Part shown: in pieces, positions 1 through 14,488 of the stretch | Position numbering within the stretch: the stretch's first letter is position 1 | Layout: every line of letters starts with the position of its first letter | Origin: Perna viridis | Taxonomy: Eukaryota | Assembly (NCBI GenBank): GCA_037379345.1 | Contig: CM074512.1 | Span: 35,712,001-35,776,000 of the forward strand | Reading direction: 5' to 3' | DNA length: 64,000 nucleotides | Notes under the pieces: model-generated | What the model was told of the DNA's origin: nothing | The model's database searches: none | The model's input: only the letters and a program-made list of their open reading frames with translations | Translations under genes and position numbers: made by a program

Positions 1-601
1 CTTCTGTCAATACCACATATTACAGACTTAATACATGTTTCCAATGGTAGAGCAATGATAGGGAACAGCTCAGTCATGTAGACAAAGTGCATTATACCGA
101 ATCTAATGCATTTTTCGCGCTGCAGATTGATTAAAAAAAAAAGAGAATCTTTTCAGTAAGCCTGAGACAAATTTCAGATATTCCAACACTAATGCGTGTT
201 TCTAGCGGCATTTCTAATGAAAAGGCACAGTTCAGTCGACTAGAGATGAGATAGGTTTTTCCAAAGCTACACTTACATATAAAGCACATGTTACGTAATT
301 CAGGCAAATTGGTTGCATAATGCCGCAATACTGTTAAATATCTCAATTTGTAATGCTTCCATATTGGACATAAATCATTTTGATAGCTGTTTGCATAGAC
401 AATTGCATCTGCTGAAGGATTAGAGGGCAGCATAAATCAACTTTTCTCTAAGACTGAGCCTAAATGAATGTATCAAACAAGAGCAACAAAACCATATAAA
501 ATTAATCACAGTGTACAGCCATTTGAAGGAAAGTCTAGCGTATCATTTAATACACCAAGGTGGACAGCAGGAGGGGATGGAATAGGTATAGTTAACTGGT
601 A

Positions 602-635
<34 letters not shown>

Positions 636-971
636 ATGAAACCAATAGACTCACTTGTCTTAATTGAGGGGTGTAGTCTATGAGCAGACATGGAATTTAC
701 TTCAAAGAGGTATGGCTTGTGGTAGGACAGACAAAAAATTCTGGTGGAAGCATTTATTGGGTATGCACAGTAAAGGGTTTATTCAAGCCTAATGGGTATT
801 CTAATATTTCATAGCAGTTTTCAAAAGAACAGTTTGTCCCTAGAGTTCATTACAGTTTTGTAACTGTTTAACCTGTACTAAATAAAACATTCTAATGTTT
901 AAGGATTTGTAAACTGCTGACAAATGTAATTTTCGAAATATCTCTCATTCCAACATGTATCATACTACAAA

Positions 972-2194
972 ATAAGAGGCTCCCAGGAGCCTGAATCACT
1001 CACCTTGTTGAATTTTGCCTTTCAAAAGCAATAAATTAAACAAGAAGTTGTCCAACAATTTTGACTCAAGAAGTCTTTGGTAGGACTTATCACAAGATCT
1101 TTTCAACAATTGAAAGTTTCTTTTAATCTATCACAGTTTTCAAGATATTGACTGAAAACTATTAAAAAAAAAAGTCATTTTTCCCCTTTCAAGAGCAATA
1201 ACTCTTACAAAGAGTTTGAAGACATTTGTAGTCTTAATAATATGGATCATTTCAGCTACTGAAAGAATTTGGATAAACCTAACGGTTTTGGAGATATATG
1301 TGCAAAACTACTGTCTGACACCTATGTTCTATTCTTAGTAACGGCGGCCATGTTTTTTGACGAATCAAAAATCCCCACATCAGTTCTATGCAGTATACCC
1401 CAAGGAACGTTCATACCAAGTTTGGTTTCAATTGGCCAAGTAGTGTCAGAGAAGATTTTTGAAAGAAATAACATTAAAAATAGTTAAAATCGTTGAAAAA
1501 GGGCAATATCTCCAATATGGCTTAATGGATTAAAACCAAAATTTGACCAGAGATAGATCTCATCATGCTAAACACTTTTAGCCATGTCCGATTTCAGCTA
1601 AACATAACGGTTTACAAGATATATGTGAAAATCTACTGTCTGACCCCTATGTTCTTTTTTTAGTAATGGCGGCCATGTTTTTCGACGAATCAAAAATCCC
1701 CACATCAGTTCTATGCAGTATACCCCAAGGAACATTCATACCAAGTTTGGTTTCAACTGGCCAAGTAGTGTCAGAGGAGAAGATTTTTGAAAGAAATAAC
1801 ATTAAAAATAGCAAAAATGGTTGAAAAAGGGCAATTACTCCAACATGGCTTACGTATTAAAAACAAAATATGACCAGAGATAGATCTTATCATACTGAAC
1901 ACTTTTACCTGTGTCAGAATACATCTAAACTTGACGGTTTAGGAGATATATGTGAAAAAACTACTGTCTGACCCCTATGTTCTATTTTTAGTAACGGCAG
2001 CCATGTTTCTCGACCAATCAATAATCCCCATACCAGTTCTATGCAGGATACCCCAAGGAACATTCATACCAAGTTTGGTTCTAATTAGTCAAACAGTTTC
2101 AGAGGAAAAGAGTTTTGTATAATTGTTAACAACGATGATGACAGACACCAAGTAATGGCAATAGCTCACATGGCCTTTGGCAAGGTGAGCTAAA
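972..2194 (-). mobile_element. Non-autonomous Helentron/HINE-like element with internal tandem array
   Basis: One end has a subterminal inverted repeat GCTCAC...GTGAGC (~2164-2190) next to an A/T tract and a degenerate (GAC/GAT)n microsatellite. The other end has CTCACCT plus a perfect hairpin AGGCTCC-CA-GGAGCCT (977-992). Central tandem repeats lie between. This layout matches bivalve HINEs. Confidence 0.7.
1280..2125. repeat. ~325-bp tandem repeat, about 2.6 copies, inside the HINE-like element
   Basis: CTACTGTCTGAC recurs at 1308, 1633 and 1961 (periods 325 and 328), each followed by a long near-identical block (...GGCCATGTTTT...CATACCAAGTTTGGTT). Confidence 0.95.
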
Positions 2195-5100
2195 CAAAAC
2201 CCCATATGTTATAATTATTAACCATAATTACAGAAATTTTAAAGATAAAATTCACCAAACATGAATCATGTTTCAATATAACAGTAAGTATTTATAAGTA
2301 AAAACATGTTACATTATAGATTAGCATACCAAAAATATTTGAAACAGCTGTTGATGTTAATGAAATTTGTATTGTACATTCTGAGGTGTTATTCATTCAC
2401 AGACCATACTTGACATTGAGATCCTATGAACAAGCATTTTCCAAGGACATGTTATTAGTAACTGTGACACTAAATTAATTTTGAGAATAGCAGTTTATGT
2501 GTAATATTGACAATTGCAATGATGTATGCAATGTTGCACAGAAATTATGATCGTGACAAGAATTTTAACTTAGCTCACAGGCTTAGGAAAGTCTTTACAT
2601 AGTCTAACTACACATCAGTGACATTTCATTTCGTAAGATTTATGGCAGAAAAACAGTCATAATTAGAATAGGAAAGCATCATTTGGAATGAAACGATATA
2701 ATTTAACAGTTCAAAAACATCTAACAATTTCAAAACAAAAAAGGTATTTAAATTGAAATCAAGGGAAATTAGAATTCTAATAATATCTAAAACTTCAAGG
2801 TAGAAAATATTACAGCAAAGGAAAGTCTTTTAAAGTGAAAGAGCGGCTTAGCCTACATAGATTTGCAGTGATTTTGTGTGAGAATTGCAAATTGCAAAGC
2901 TTGAAAAATAAGGCTTCCAAAATCATTCTGCTAATGGTACGATGATTGTAGAAATTCTGCACAAAATTTACTTCAATAAATAATACTGAAAATCCACATC
3001 CACTGTTCTGCTAACTGACAGCATGGAGGCAAATTACTCACACATGTAAACAACATTCATACACATTTTTAGTTAATTACATATATGATTTTAAAGTACA
3101 CATTCTCAGCTTTATTTTGACTACTTTTAATCATAATACACACAAATAATGCACTTACAATGCATAAGTCTAGGTTCAGTGTGTTTTGGTACTACATAGG
3201 GGGGTGCCATTTGACACGGAATTGGTTAGTGAGACCTAATGAATAACAGAGTTATCTTCCTTTCATCACTAAATTTTTAAATTTCCCAGTGAATAGCTTT
3301 AGAAGGTCATGGCATTTGATAAAGTAAATAGTAAGGAAGTTCATTTTTTGTTAAAAGTGTGATTAAATAATTAAACCAGTATTTTATAAGGCTATCTCAC
3401 TTATGAATCAACAGCAGTAATAGTGATGAACAAAAAATTGTAAAACTTGGGATTATTGAATACCTATAAAAGTTTGATGAAATTCTAAGATTCAAAGAAT
3501 ATCTTTTATTAGATGGCGCCTGGGCCAGACTAATCACACGAATTTACACCAAATCAATACAGGCCAATGCACCCTATTAATAGAAACGATACAATGCAAA
3601 AGACGTGGATGCCCAGATAAGGCAGAATTACGTAACCCAATCAGTTCGCTTCAGTGACAATGAAGCAAGACGATGGGAAATGCATCTACAGATTAGGAGT
3701 TTTATTGAACAGTGAAATCAGGGAGCATTTAGATGACTTTCTCGAGACCATCAATCACAGATATCTTATTTAGTAATCTAAATGCATTTTCAACAAGGAA
3801 GCAAACTCATTTAAATCTGTTCAACAGGGCTGTTTTTCAAATTTACAAGGATTGTGTTTTTTGCTCTTTATTTTTATTTTTTTTTTAAGATCTATGCATA
3901 GCAGCTGGTTTTTCAACAAACCAATGGAAACAGAGAAAGAAACGGAAGAAAACAGATATATTGCAGTTATGTCCTTTATATCTACATGTACTTCCTTGCT
4001 GTTTTTCTTAGGCCATTAAGTTTAGAAGTTTAATAAGTAAAGAACATTGAGGAAAATGAGAGAAAATAATAATGTTGATAGGTCATAAAACTGTCAATGG
4101 AGGAAACAGTTCAATGTAAGTGTAGATCTTCGAGTGACACAAATTAAGTATTAGAACATATATTTTATCATTCCAACAACCAGTAAATAGCTGCTCTAAA
4201 GGCACATGATATACCTATCCCCAAACCATTTCTGAGGTGTTTAAGTCCCACATCCTATAAATTAAAAAAAAAAGAAGAAAAATCCATAAATAACTAAAAT
4301 TAAAAGGGAGCTTTTGTTCATGATGACCATCATTGTAACTTATCATAATTGAAATCTATAAAAGCATTTAAAAAAGCAATATTTTAAGACTAGAAATGAC
4401 CAAGTTCTTACAATACCATAAGTTTATATTTAAATCCACTATGTTCTAAATATCCCTATCAAAATACCATAAAGAAGTCATTCTATTCATGATCCAATCC
4501 CATATTTTACTATGCATAATGCAGTAATGTAATTTGTCAAAGAAGAAAGACTTGGCTGACAAATTACGTAATCTCATTTCCCGCCGCAGATAACTTCATT
4601 TGAGCTCTGTACTTCAATTATTCATTCTATAAACAAGATGACTTATATTGGTTTTGTAAAAAGCCTGTCACTAAGATATGGATAATTTCACTCAACAGGT
4701 TACCCCACACAAACTCTAAAATAAGCCAGTCTACTGTTTTTTAAGACCATCAAATACCCAGCATGTAATTTTAATTATATCTTCTCAATTGGAAAGTGTT
4801 AAAGTCATGAAGCTTTTATTCTTTACTGTAACATGATCTTTCCCATAGATGAAAATTGAACTAGCATCCTTTATGAAATTCATATTTATCTTAGAGTTAT
4901 CTCTCTTTGAACACGTTGCAACTAATAGATATATTAAATAGGTCTGAATCCACGGTAAAAACTTTCCTTTAAAAAATTATCTTGATATAAAGCCTTGTAC
5001 TAAAAAAAACCCTTGCCACTGTTATAAATTTTAATTACACTCCATGCAATACAATAAAGTGCCATTAATTTAGACTAAAACCCATTAAAATACACATCAC

Positions 5101-6603
5101 ACATAATACAAGGCATTTAGTCCATAAAAAAGGCCTAACATGTGATTCATCAATTTCCATAAACCACAAATATAAAAGCAGTTAAAAGTTAACAACATGG
5201 CAGAATTTTTCATAAACATGGCTTCAGTACAATCTTTATATGAAAGGTAAAGTCCAAAAATTGATATATAATATAATTTCTAAGCTTGAAAATATAAGAC
5301 AGGACGAGTTACACAGTGAAACATGTCTAAATCAAGACACTTTATTGAAATATCTTTAAATCAGCTTGAATGTATTTTGAACGTTGACAAACCAAACCAA
5401 GTCTAAAAGTGATTGGGTTTAAACTTTAGGAGACCATACAATATTAAAAAGAATATTTATTATGTCCATCTTACATGAAACACCCACTTATAATGGCCAC
5501 TCCAGTCAATGTTAGGGAATTAATTTCCTAATGATAAAAATAGTAATGTATTTATAATGATTAATAGTGGTCACTTTATATACATTCATAGTCCCATGGA
5601 CAACACCAGTAATTAGTTGTGGATGACAATATTGTGTTTTATTGTAATTTCCCTATAGAATGAATTAGAACTTTTAATTTACTAATGGTAGTGTATGAAG
5701 GTTTCAATGAATGAAGCACTACTATACCAAACCCATTTATGGCTATACTAAGGGCTATTTGAGTAAAACGATAAAGATCTTGTTACAGCATGTTTACCTC
5801 CCCCTTTTTTTTTATGAAAAAATACTTAAGAATAAAAGGATGTAAAAAAAATATATAAATAAAACCCTGATTTTTTTTTTATTTTGGTCTGGCAACATTC
5901 TTTGAAATCCTGGAAGATAAATGACAACAAGCCCAAAAAATGACCAGAACATATGTGTCTTAAAATTATACAGTTCCAATAATTACTTCATTCTAAGAAA
6001 TAAGAAACATAGAGATATCAAGATAAAAAATACCAATAACTTCTTTCATATAAAACTACTGATATCTAACCTGACTCTGTTCAGAAAAATTATCCTCCTT
6101 CATTTCCACCCTATCCATCATATTATCTACAGATCAAAACACAATTATGCTACTTAACCTTGAAATGACCTTGGTGGCAAAACATTAATGAAGGGACAAT
6201 TAATGGACTAACTTTGTAATAATTGTTTCTTGGTAAGATGTACTTGTCTTAAGACGATGTCAAATTCATACAGGAATCTACATGACAGAGAGCATTAGGG
6301 AAAATAGGCATTGATTGGTAATGTTAATAAAAACCAACTGATATTTTATATTTTAGAAACCAATACCACTATGAATGGAAAGAAACAAAATAGCTTGATC
6401 TTTCTCCTAAATCAGTATGGTCTAAAATCTTACTTTTATCCTACAGTTCTGATGCATATTTGACATCATTGCACTTATTGGAGCCAAGTCAGACTGACCC
6501 TCACTAGAATCTTAAAATTTTGTTCCCAGTGGAACCAGTGTTAAGTGATATAAACTGAGAACTATTATGGAAGGTCTAAACTTCTGAAAACATATCTAAT
6601 GAA

Positions 6604-6813
6604 GTACTGAAAATGATTTAATTATTGTGTGAATAAATTGTTGTAATTTTTGCATTTTAGTTATAAATGCAATTTTAGTTTTTGTAGTATTGAGAACAAA
6701 TCCAGTATCAGTGAGTTTTAATTTTACATAATGAAAGTTTTTATCATTGCTCTTCAAGTAAATTGCATATGTTGCATGATTAAAAACATCCAAATAATTT
6801 CTGAATCTACAGT
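6604..6813. mobile_element. Degenerate MITE relic
   Basis: Imperfect terminal inverted repeats TACTGAAAATGATTTAATTATTG ... CAAATAATTTCTGAATCTACAGT. Confidence 0.35.
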
Positions 6814-7555
6814 CAATGCAAAGTGTTGAAATTAAGGAATTATTTTTATCAGTTTATTTAGCCATAAAGTACATGTCAAATGCTACTAAAAAACAAAAAG
6901 TTTAGTAAAGTACCTTCTCCCGTTCATCCATGGCATATGACAGATTATCACTGTAAATAGGCATCAATCTCAATTGAGGAAGAAATATAAGATCTGACAG
7001 TTACCAGTGAGCAGTAGTATCTATCTTATCTTGTCATATCAGCTATACTTACACAATTATATGCAGCATGAAAGTGCACAATGGACTACCAGAGTTGATG
7101 AAGAAAATGGTATTAGAAACCTTTTCACGAAGTTAATGGACTACTTGATTACCTGAACAAGAATATTGGAATGCCAGCCAACAGGTCTTTTAACATAAGA
7201 AAAATTAGTATAAGGAAGTCCTACAGGATTTCTGGGAATGTAAAATGGAATGAAAATTAACTAAACAAAATTATTTTTTTTAAAGTATCACATATAACCA
7301 CTATCAGTAGCAGAATTATGTTACGAAACTGATGACCTATTGGTCCTGCACAACCAAGCATGTAATTACCTGTATAACTAGAGGACTTTGGTGTGGGAGG
7401 GGTATGAACTCATTCATCAATATCCAGATTTAGTTCAGCTACCTTGATAAATGTGGGACTAGTTGACCAGTCAATGACCGCTTTCCACAAAGAAACCAAG
7501 AGTGTTATTGAACAATACACCTACATTGCTTCTAGCACAATTTCACCAATATTTA

Positions 7556-7950
7556 GGCAAAAAAAAAAAAAAAAAAAAAAAAAAAATGTGTGTGTTTACA
7601 GTCACATGACTGACCCTCATTTTATCACTGCAACCTTAACTTTTTTTGTCAGCAATTTTCTGAAATTCCTGAAATTCCCGCCTTTTCTGTCACCGGTACC
7701 GGTATTTATCGTATTAAACAACAATGGTGGCCTCCAGTGCCAGCACTGCAAGCAATTTAAAAAGATAACAAGCTGATAGAAAAAGCATGTGCACCATTGC
7801 AGTGTCTTCTGTTTCTCTCTATATAGCTAATTAGTCAAGAAACTTCAATTAAACTCCCTGCTCCCCCCCTCCCCCAAATAAATTTGACCTACCAACCCTA
7901 TTTTTTTTTTCGACATGTGACAGTAACCACACATACTTTTTTTTTGGGCC
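7556..7950. mobile_element. MITE with long TIRs, Kolobok-like termini
   Basis: Left end GGC(A)nTGTGTGTGTTTACAGTCACATG is the reverse complement of the right end CATGTGACAGTAACCACACATAC(T)nGGGCC. Flanks are TTTA and TTAA, resembling a TTAA TSD. Confidence 0.75.
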
Positions 7951-10900
7951 TTAACAAAATTGATAGGTATTTGTAGAAGATTATACTGTACTGATCATGT
8001 ACTTTGAATAATCACAAATATAGCATTAAATTAAAAGAGAAATGGCTCATTTTCATTTCAGTCAAGTTAGAATACATAGTGCAGTTACCTTTCATTGTGA
8101 ACTTCATTAAGACATAACTAAGATGAAACACACAGACATACAGACTGTGATGCTACCAACAACATTGTCACAATGCATTGGTAGCAATATCATCTAGTCG
8201 ATTCCCAAATGATAGCAACAACTCCCAATTAGCACAATATCATAAATATCATTTCAGGATTTTGACAATTCTTATCACATCAAATCTACAAATTACCGCT
8301 TGATGAACCTCACTGATGAACTTCTAAAAGTGTAAACCAAAATTTCAGCATGTATGTTCATTAGAATAATTGCTTTTAGCAATCTAATCAGAGTGTATGA
8401 CAGACAAGACTCGTGATCAATGCCGATAAGCACATCAACTGTTTGTCAGCTACCAATTCCCTCCCTACATAACAATGCTGTGAACCTGGATACCTGTCAA
8501 AAATTTCTATTTTGCAACTTGGAACCATATAAAATATTTTTATGGTGTACAGGTATGCTTGTTACATGATTTATTTTTTTATACAGAATTCTTTCAGTTT
8601 CTATATTGGTCTGATGTTTCTAATATTAACATAAAGCAGCCATATATAAAACACAATTACTTGAGTACTCTTTGAAATGGCTGTATGTAATTTTCAAGAT
8701 AAAATCAAAATTACTTGGTGGTACAATCTGTTAGTGATTATGTATTTTTTTTCCAATGAAGAGATGTACCTTCATAGAATAACTTTTGAAATGTGAATGG
8801 CATTGATAGTAAAAGATAAACAAAACATTATTGATTTGAGTGAGGATCAGGATATTAGGTGAAAACAACTAGATTGTTTAAAAAAAAATTCATAAAAAAA
8901 AGTATTAAAAAATAAACCTTTAGTTAAGACACAGAAATTAATCATACACTTCACTCAAAATTTGGGAATGGATCAGATGCACCCATAGGGTCCATAAATG
9001 TGAACAAGCATCTGAAACTAAGCTTTCCTCAAAGCACTACCAGTTAGTCTGCACCAGTCAAGCACAATCACCACAATTCAGAAGGGATATGCTGTTGAAG
9101 CCAAATTCAGTATCACACAAGGTGCTGCTTACATCAAGTTTGATTTGACACTGTAGAAACTAAGTCGGTGATTGACTATACAAGTAACTCAAATAGTTTT
9201 ATGTGCGACCAGTATATGACTATGATTTGACTGACTGTACTGCCATACTTAATTACTTATCTTGCATTATAATCATTAGCTTTTAAACTCATTCATTACC
9301 TAATGTATTCCTACTGTATTTAAAAGCTATTAAGATCTCTCCTAATCTAATTAGATCCAATATGCAGTGCAGAAAGGTTGAGATATAAAAACAATGCATT
9401 AGATATGCAGAATGAATTAAGTAATTCTTAAATAACTCCATCAATGAGATGAAAAAGCCTTTGATATGAAGTTTGCACAGGAAGAGAACAGACACCACAA
9501 AAAAGAAATATGCAGGGGAATTAGTCAGAATAGTTTCTTCTCTTTAGTTTTTAATTAAGTAATTTGGCCACTTACCAAACCTTCCCCTTGTCTAACAAGA
9601 CTTTTACAACAGATTTCACTTCTTCAAAATGGAGCTAACATTGTTAGTAAAATAGCTACCAGACAATGACCTTGAGGTCACACTAAGGTCATAACCTTAA
9701 TTGACTAACCATTTCCTAGACATAAACTAATCAAAATAAACATATATCCATTTCTCCTGTGTTTAAGCTGTCAATCATAGCTAAAACAATGGCAATGATT
9801 AAACCATGCCATGAAACATAATGCTGGAGAGTTGGAATGGATACTTCAAAGAGCATGTGCATTCCTAAGTTTTTTTTTGTGAAATAAATCATGCAATATT
9901 ACTGAACACTAAGCAACCTATGATAAACTACTTGCGATTAATCATCAATAAATGAATCTGAGTCTCAGACATGGATACAAGAACTTCTTTAGCTCTGCAG
10001 GAGTACAAAAAATATGAAGTACTATTTTGTGCTTTATCCCAAATTACATAATGAAAACTTATGCACATGGCAAGATTGATCACTGTTGGGCATTTAAAGC
10101 CATCATTAATCACACATAAATTACCTGCACAACTACTTGCACTCAACATTACAGGTGCCTTACATGTTACAGGTGTTCAATATGCAACACACCTGGATGT
10201 GTATTGCATGAGTTATGTAAACAATATGCACCCCAGTTACAACTTAATTAACATTTTGCGATTCCACAAGAATCATTTGGCTTTGCCAAATACCTCAGTA
10301 TCTTTAATAAAAAAGTTGGTGTGAACCCTGAGGACACTTTGCTGACATATGATGGAGACTTGACATTTATTTTACAACTACATTTAGGTAGTGCTTAGTT
10401 CTAAAAGTAGAAAAGATGATGCAGTTTTCAGATATTGTTGCACAGAAAAATAATAGAACTTGTGACCTGAAACCAATGTTGGTTAAAATACCAAAACTTC
10501 ACAACTGATGTGCATGTTTATCCAATAAGCTTCAAGGTTTACTGAATTAAATATTACAGAGGACAACTTGTTATCCAACAAGATTTCTTTTCAAGGTGAA
10601 ATAACTGTTGTGTGTTGTGATCAAAAATATATGCGGTTGAGAGAAGGAAAGCCGTCAATATTTTTAATTCCCCAATAAAGAAAGAAAAAAACAAAAACAA
10701 AAAAAAAAAAGCAAATATGTTTCCCTGTACATTACCATGGTAAACACATTTGACATAGGACCTTAGGTCACACTTGACAAGTGAAATTGATCACTTATTA
10801 CACCTTTAGTTATAGGTTCAGTGACTTTATACCAGAGAAATACACCAATACTTCTATCTAAATGGTATAATATATCAAACAGATGCAAATTATCAGGGTT

Positions 10901-13900
10901 TATATTCGAACTTGATAGAAAAAGTGATCAATTGGTCAGATTCTATTGAAACTTTATACAACAATGAATAATTTGCTGATACTGGAGATGCCCCTATATC
11001 CTGTAATGGTATATTCAGCATTAAAACATGTTAGTTAGGGCTTTTGGGTCAAATTCCAGAAATTTTCTCTTGCACTCTGTTTACAATACGAGTTTATTCT
11101 TAGAAATATGTAATGTTAAGAGTAGTCTTTAAAGTAATTATACATAGAAATACTTTTGTTCTTGAGGAGAGGAGAAAACATGAAAAGAGCTATTGCCCTT
11201 AATATATTGGGTAAGTCATGAAGAGGTCAAGCAAAGCATGGATAAAAAATAAAGGAATTCTGGATAGTAATATATCCAAAAATCAAAATTATTAACAGTA
11301 AGGTTTCATTTAGAATGACAAACAAGATGTAATTGAAGAACAGTTCATCTAATAAAAAGTTCAAATACAGCAGGCAAGGTGAAATGTGTGTAAATCAACA
11401 AATACTGAAAAAAAAAAATGGACCTGCTTCAATGGTTTCACCTATCAAATGACTGGCAATGACATGTTCAGATTGTACTCCATTAGTACTCCCTTAAGTA
11501 CATTTATAACATAAGTGTTTTAGCTGTGCTTAAAATTACTCAAGAGGCAAAATTACCTTAGTGAAAACATAGCCATAACAGAACAGCATAATGATGTACA
11601 TTTTAGGGTGAGGATCACTTCATTCCTAATGTTTCAGGTTTTTTTTATTATTATAAATCCTCAACATGTACCTCATTATTCCTGACCTTCATTTCAGTAG
11701 TAATGACCTTGTAAAAAAATAACTAGGACAACATCCCTGACATTCCGGTTCATGTCAATCTATTTTTTACTGTCATGATCAATAATTTGAAAATGCCAAA
11801 AACATATGTCATCCTGCTTTATTAACTCACATTAACCTTGACTTTCTGTGGATTAGCTAGGTCATCCCAAGATAGGAATACACATACAATCATGCATACT
11901 TCAATGTGTGCAAGAGGCTAAATGACATTCCTCTTTGGCAGGCCCTAATTTTTGGAGTGACTCGTTCATGACTGGAATAGTTAAGGTCCATATTGGTAAA
12001 GAACGTTTCAGAATAATAGCTGTTGGATAAAAATCAAATATTTACGTTATATCCAGAAAATTGATAAAAATGTAAGAGAAAGTCATTTACGTCTAATCCA
12101 AATTGTCCGCAAAAACAGACTAATATTCAATATTATCTCATCATACAGTAATGGTTTCCCCTTTAAAAATCAAAACAAGCTGTCCTGAACTTTTGAAACA
12201 TATATAATCCATAAAAATCATTCCCTGAAGCCATAAACTAAGCTATGATAAGAACGGATCAGGTGTTTCAGATATATCTATCAGCAGATAGGCTTCTAAG
12301 GTGGAAAAAACACACAAGATTTATAGTTGAACTTTTGAATACTGTTACATAACTTAATAGATAGTGGAATATGAGTTATCAGAGCTTGAGTCATAGCTGT
12401 TATCAGAAGAATGGTTAAAAATTAGTATTATATGTCTTGTCAAGCATCAGCTTGGCCAGGAAAAAATAAATGTGTAAAAAAACAGGTATTAAGTTTGTAA
12501 ATTAGATAGCTGAAGATACAAATTTTATTTTGGCAATAAAAATCAATTTTCTTGTAGCTTTTTAATTATGTCGAGTCATCTAGCATCAGTGATTGAAACT
12601 TTAGAGTTGTTTAGGCCTAGTTTCTTTAAAATCTCAAATTGATATTTTTCTTCAATTCCAAATTATCTGAGTGGTTGATTGTTGAGTTCTGGAAGAAATA
12701 AAGTAAAGCCTGAAGTTTATAAAATTAGACCAAAATAATGTAGTCTTAATGCTTAATTCAATTTACCATTTGCTCCTTGATTATGTTCCTATACACACTG
12801 CATTTTCTGCCTTCAAGCATTCACATATTTACTTTATAACACTAAATGCACTGAACTAATTATGAACCAAGAACACGACTTACTTGTTGAGTCCTCAATG
12901 TATGTCAATATCCCCCATACTGGGTGAAGAATGTAGAGAAAAATTATCATGAAACAGTATGAATAAATCAATAAATAATTCTACGATAAAAGACTATACT
13001 CAATATTCAATATGTTTATAATCAAATCATATGGCAAAGAGTCTTACTTTGATAATATTACCAAAGAATTTATGGTTTATCAAAACTCATCAGAATTCTC
13101 TCTAGACAATAAAACCTCACTTAGAACTAAAAATAAAAGAACTTTATCTTTGAAAAGTTAAATTTGTTTGAATTGAGAAGAATGTTCACCTGTAGTAAAA
13201 AATTTCTCATTTTTTTCCATTGAAAGAATGCGAATGTGTAGCCAAACCAACTTTAAGTTTGAAACATTTGCCATGTGCTCTTAATTATTTTGATAAATAT
13301 TTGTACATTACCAAAAGGTCTCCATCAAGAACCAATTATTAGTTTAAAATGCAGCAAGCATAAAATGTACTATTATGTTTTTATCACTGGCTATTATACA
13401 TATTATCTGCAGATATTCTAAAACATGTGATAGGCCAATTGGATGGATGTAGAATAGCTGGATTTGGGTCACAAGGCTAGTCTATGTTTTAGAGTATGCC
13501 TATTACAAGTGATAAATTGAAATGAGACATCAATGTCTACAAGACAATGACTGTAAATACTGATGAAGAAAACAACATCCATTAGACAAGACTGTACATA
13601 AGAATGAAGCAACAAATACCATGATACAATGAATCAGCAATTTCAATGGTTGTTGAAGGTGGTATTACAGTATAATAATTTGGTTATTTTTGGGGCCTTA
13701 TTTTTAGTTCTTACATTTATTGTGTAGAACTCAGATGTGATTGATTGTTGTAAATAGATTTCTAAGCATTTAACACTAGATGCTGAATTATGATTTAATT
13801 GAAAATGTCCCTTTTTGTGACATTACCACAAAAGACACCTTTTTTTAACACCTTTCTTTACCACAAAAACTTGAGGAAGCTAACCATTAAAAAAAAACAC

Positions 13901-14488
13901 TGACAGCACCAAAACTAAACATTAATTACAAATAATATTAATGGCCTTCTAAAAAAGCTCTAATAATAAATAGACTCTAACAACTTTAAGGTCTAAAACA
14001 CAAATTGATATGGCTTCCAAATGCAATTAACATGCAAAACAAGCATTCAATTACGTAATGGTATGAACTTAAAGCTGTGAAGAAAATACTGCCTTGGGGG
14101 AAGTGGAAATCCACATAAATTTTCCTTAAGCAGTCAAGTAGTCTAGCTAATCAAATATTATGTTAGGCAATTCATTTAAGAGATGTCAAGCCCAGTTATA
14201 TTACTCACAAATAGGCTTCAGAAAATGAAGATAGGATAAATTTTCTAATGCATTGTTTTTTGTTTTATAAATGAAGATATTGACCAAATTCCCTAAAGGA
14301 GGAAAAACACCTTACAGATGGAAAAGGAAGAAAAACATGTAGTCATTACATTAGTATGTAGGATAAAAGCATAACTAATATAATAAAAATGTCAACTCAC
14401 AAAGAAAATATCCCCCTGGTTCATATGAGAGTTAAATGATAACCCTAAAGTTGGCTTATCTCCCCTTCCACATAATTATATTCCACGT

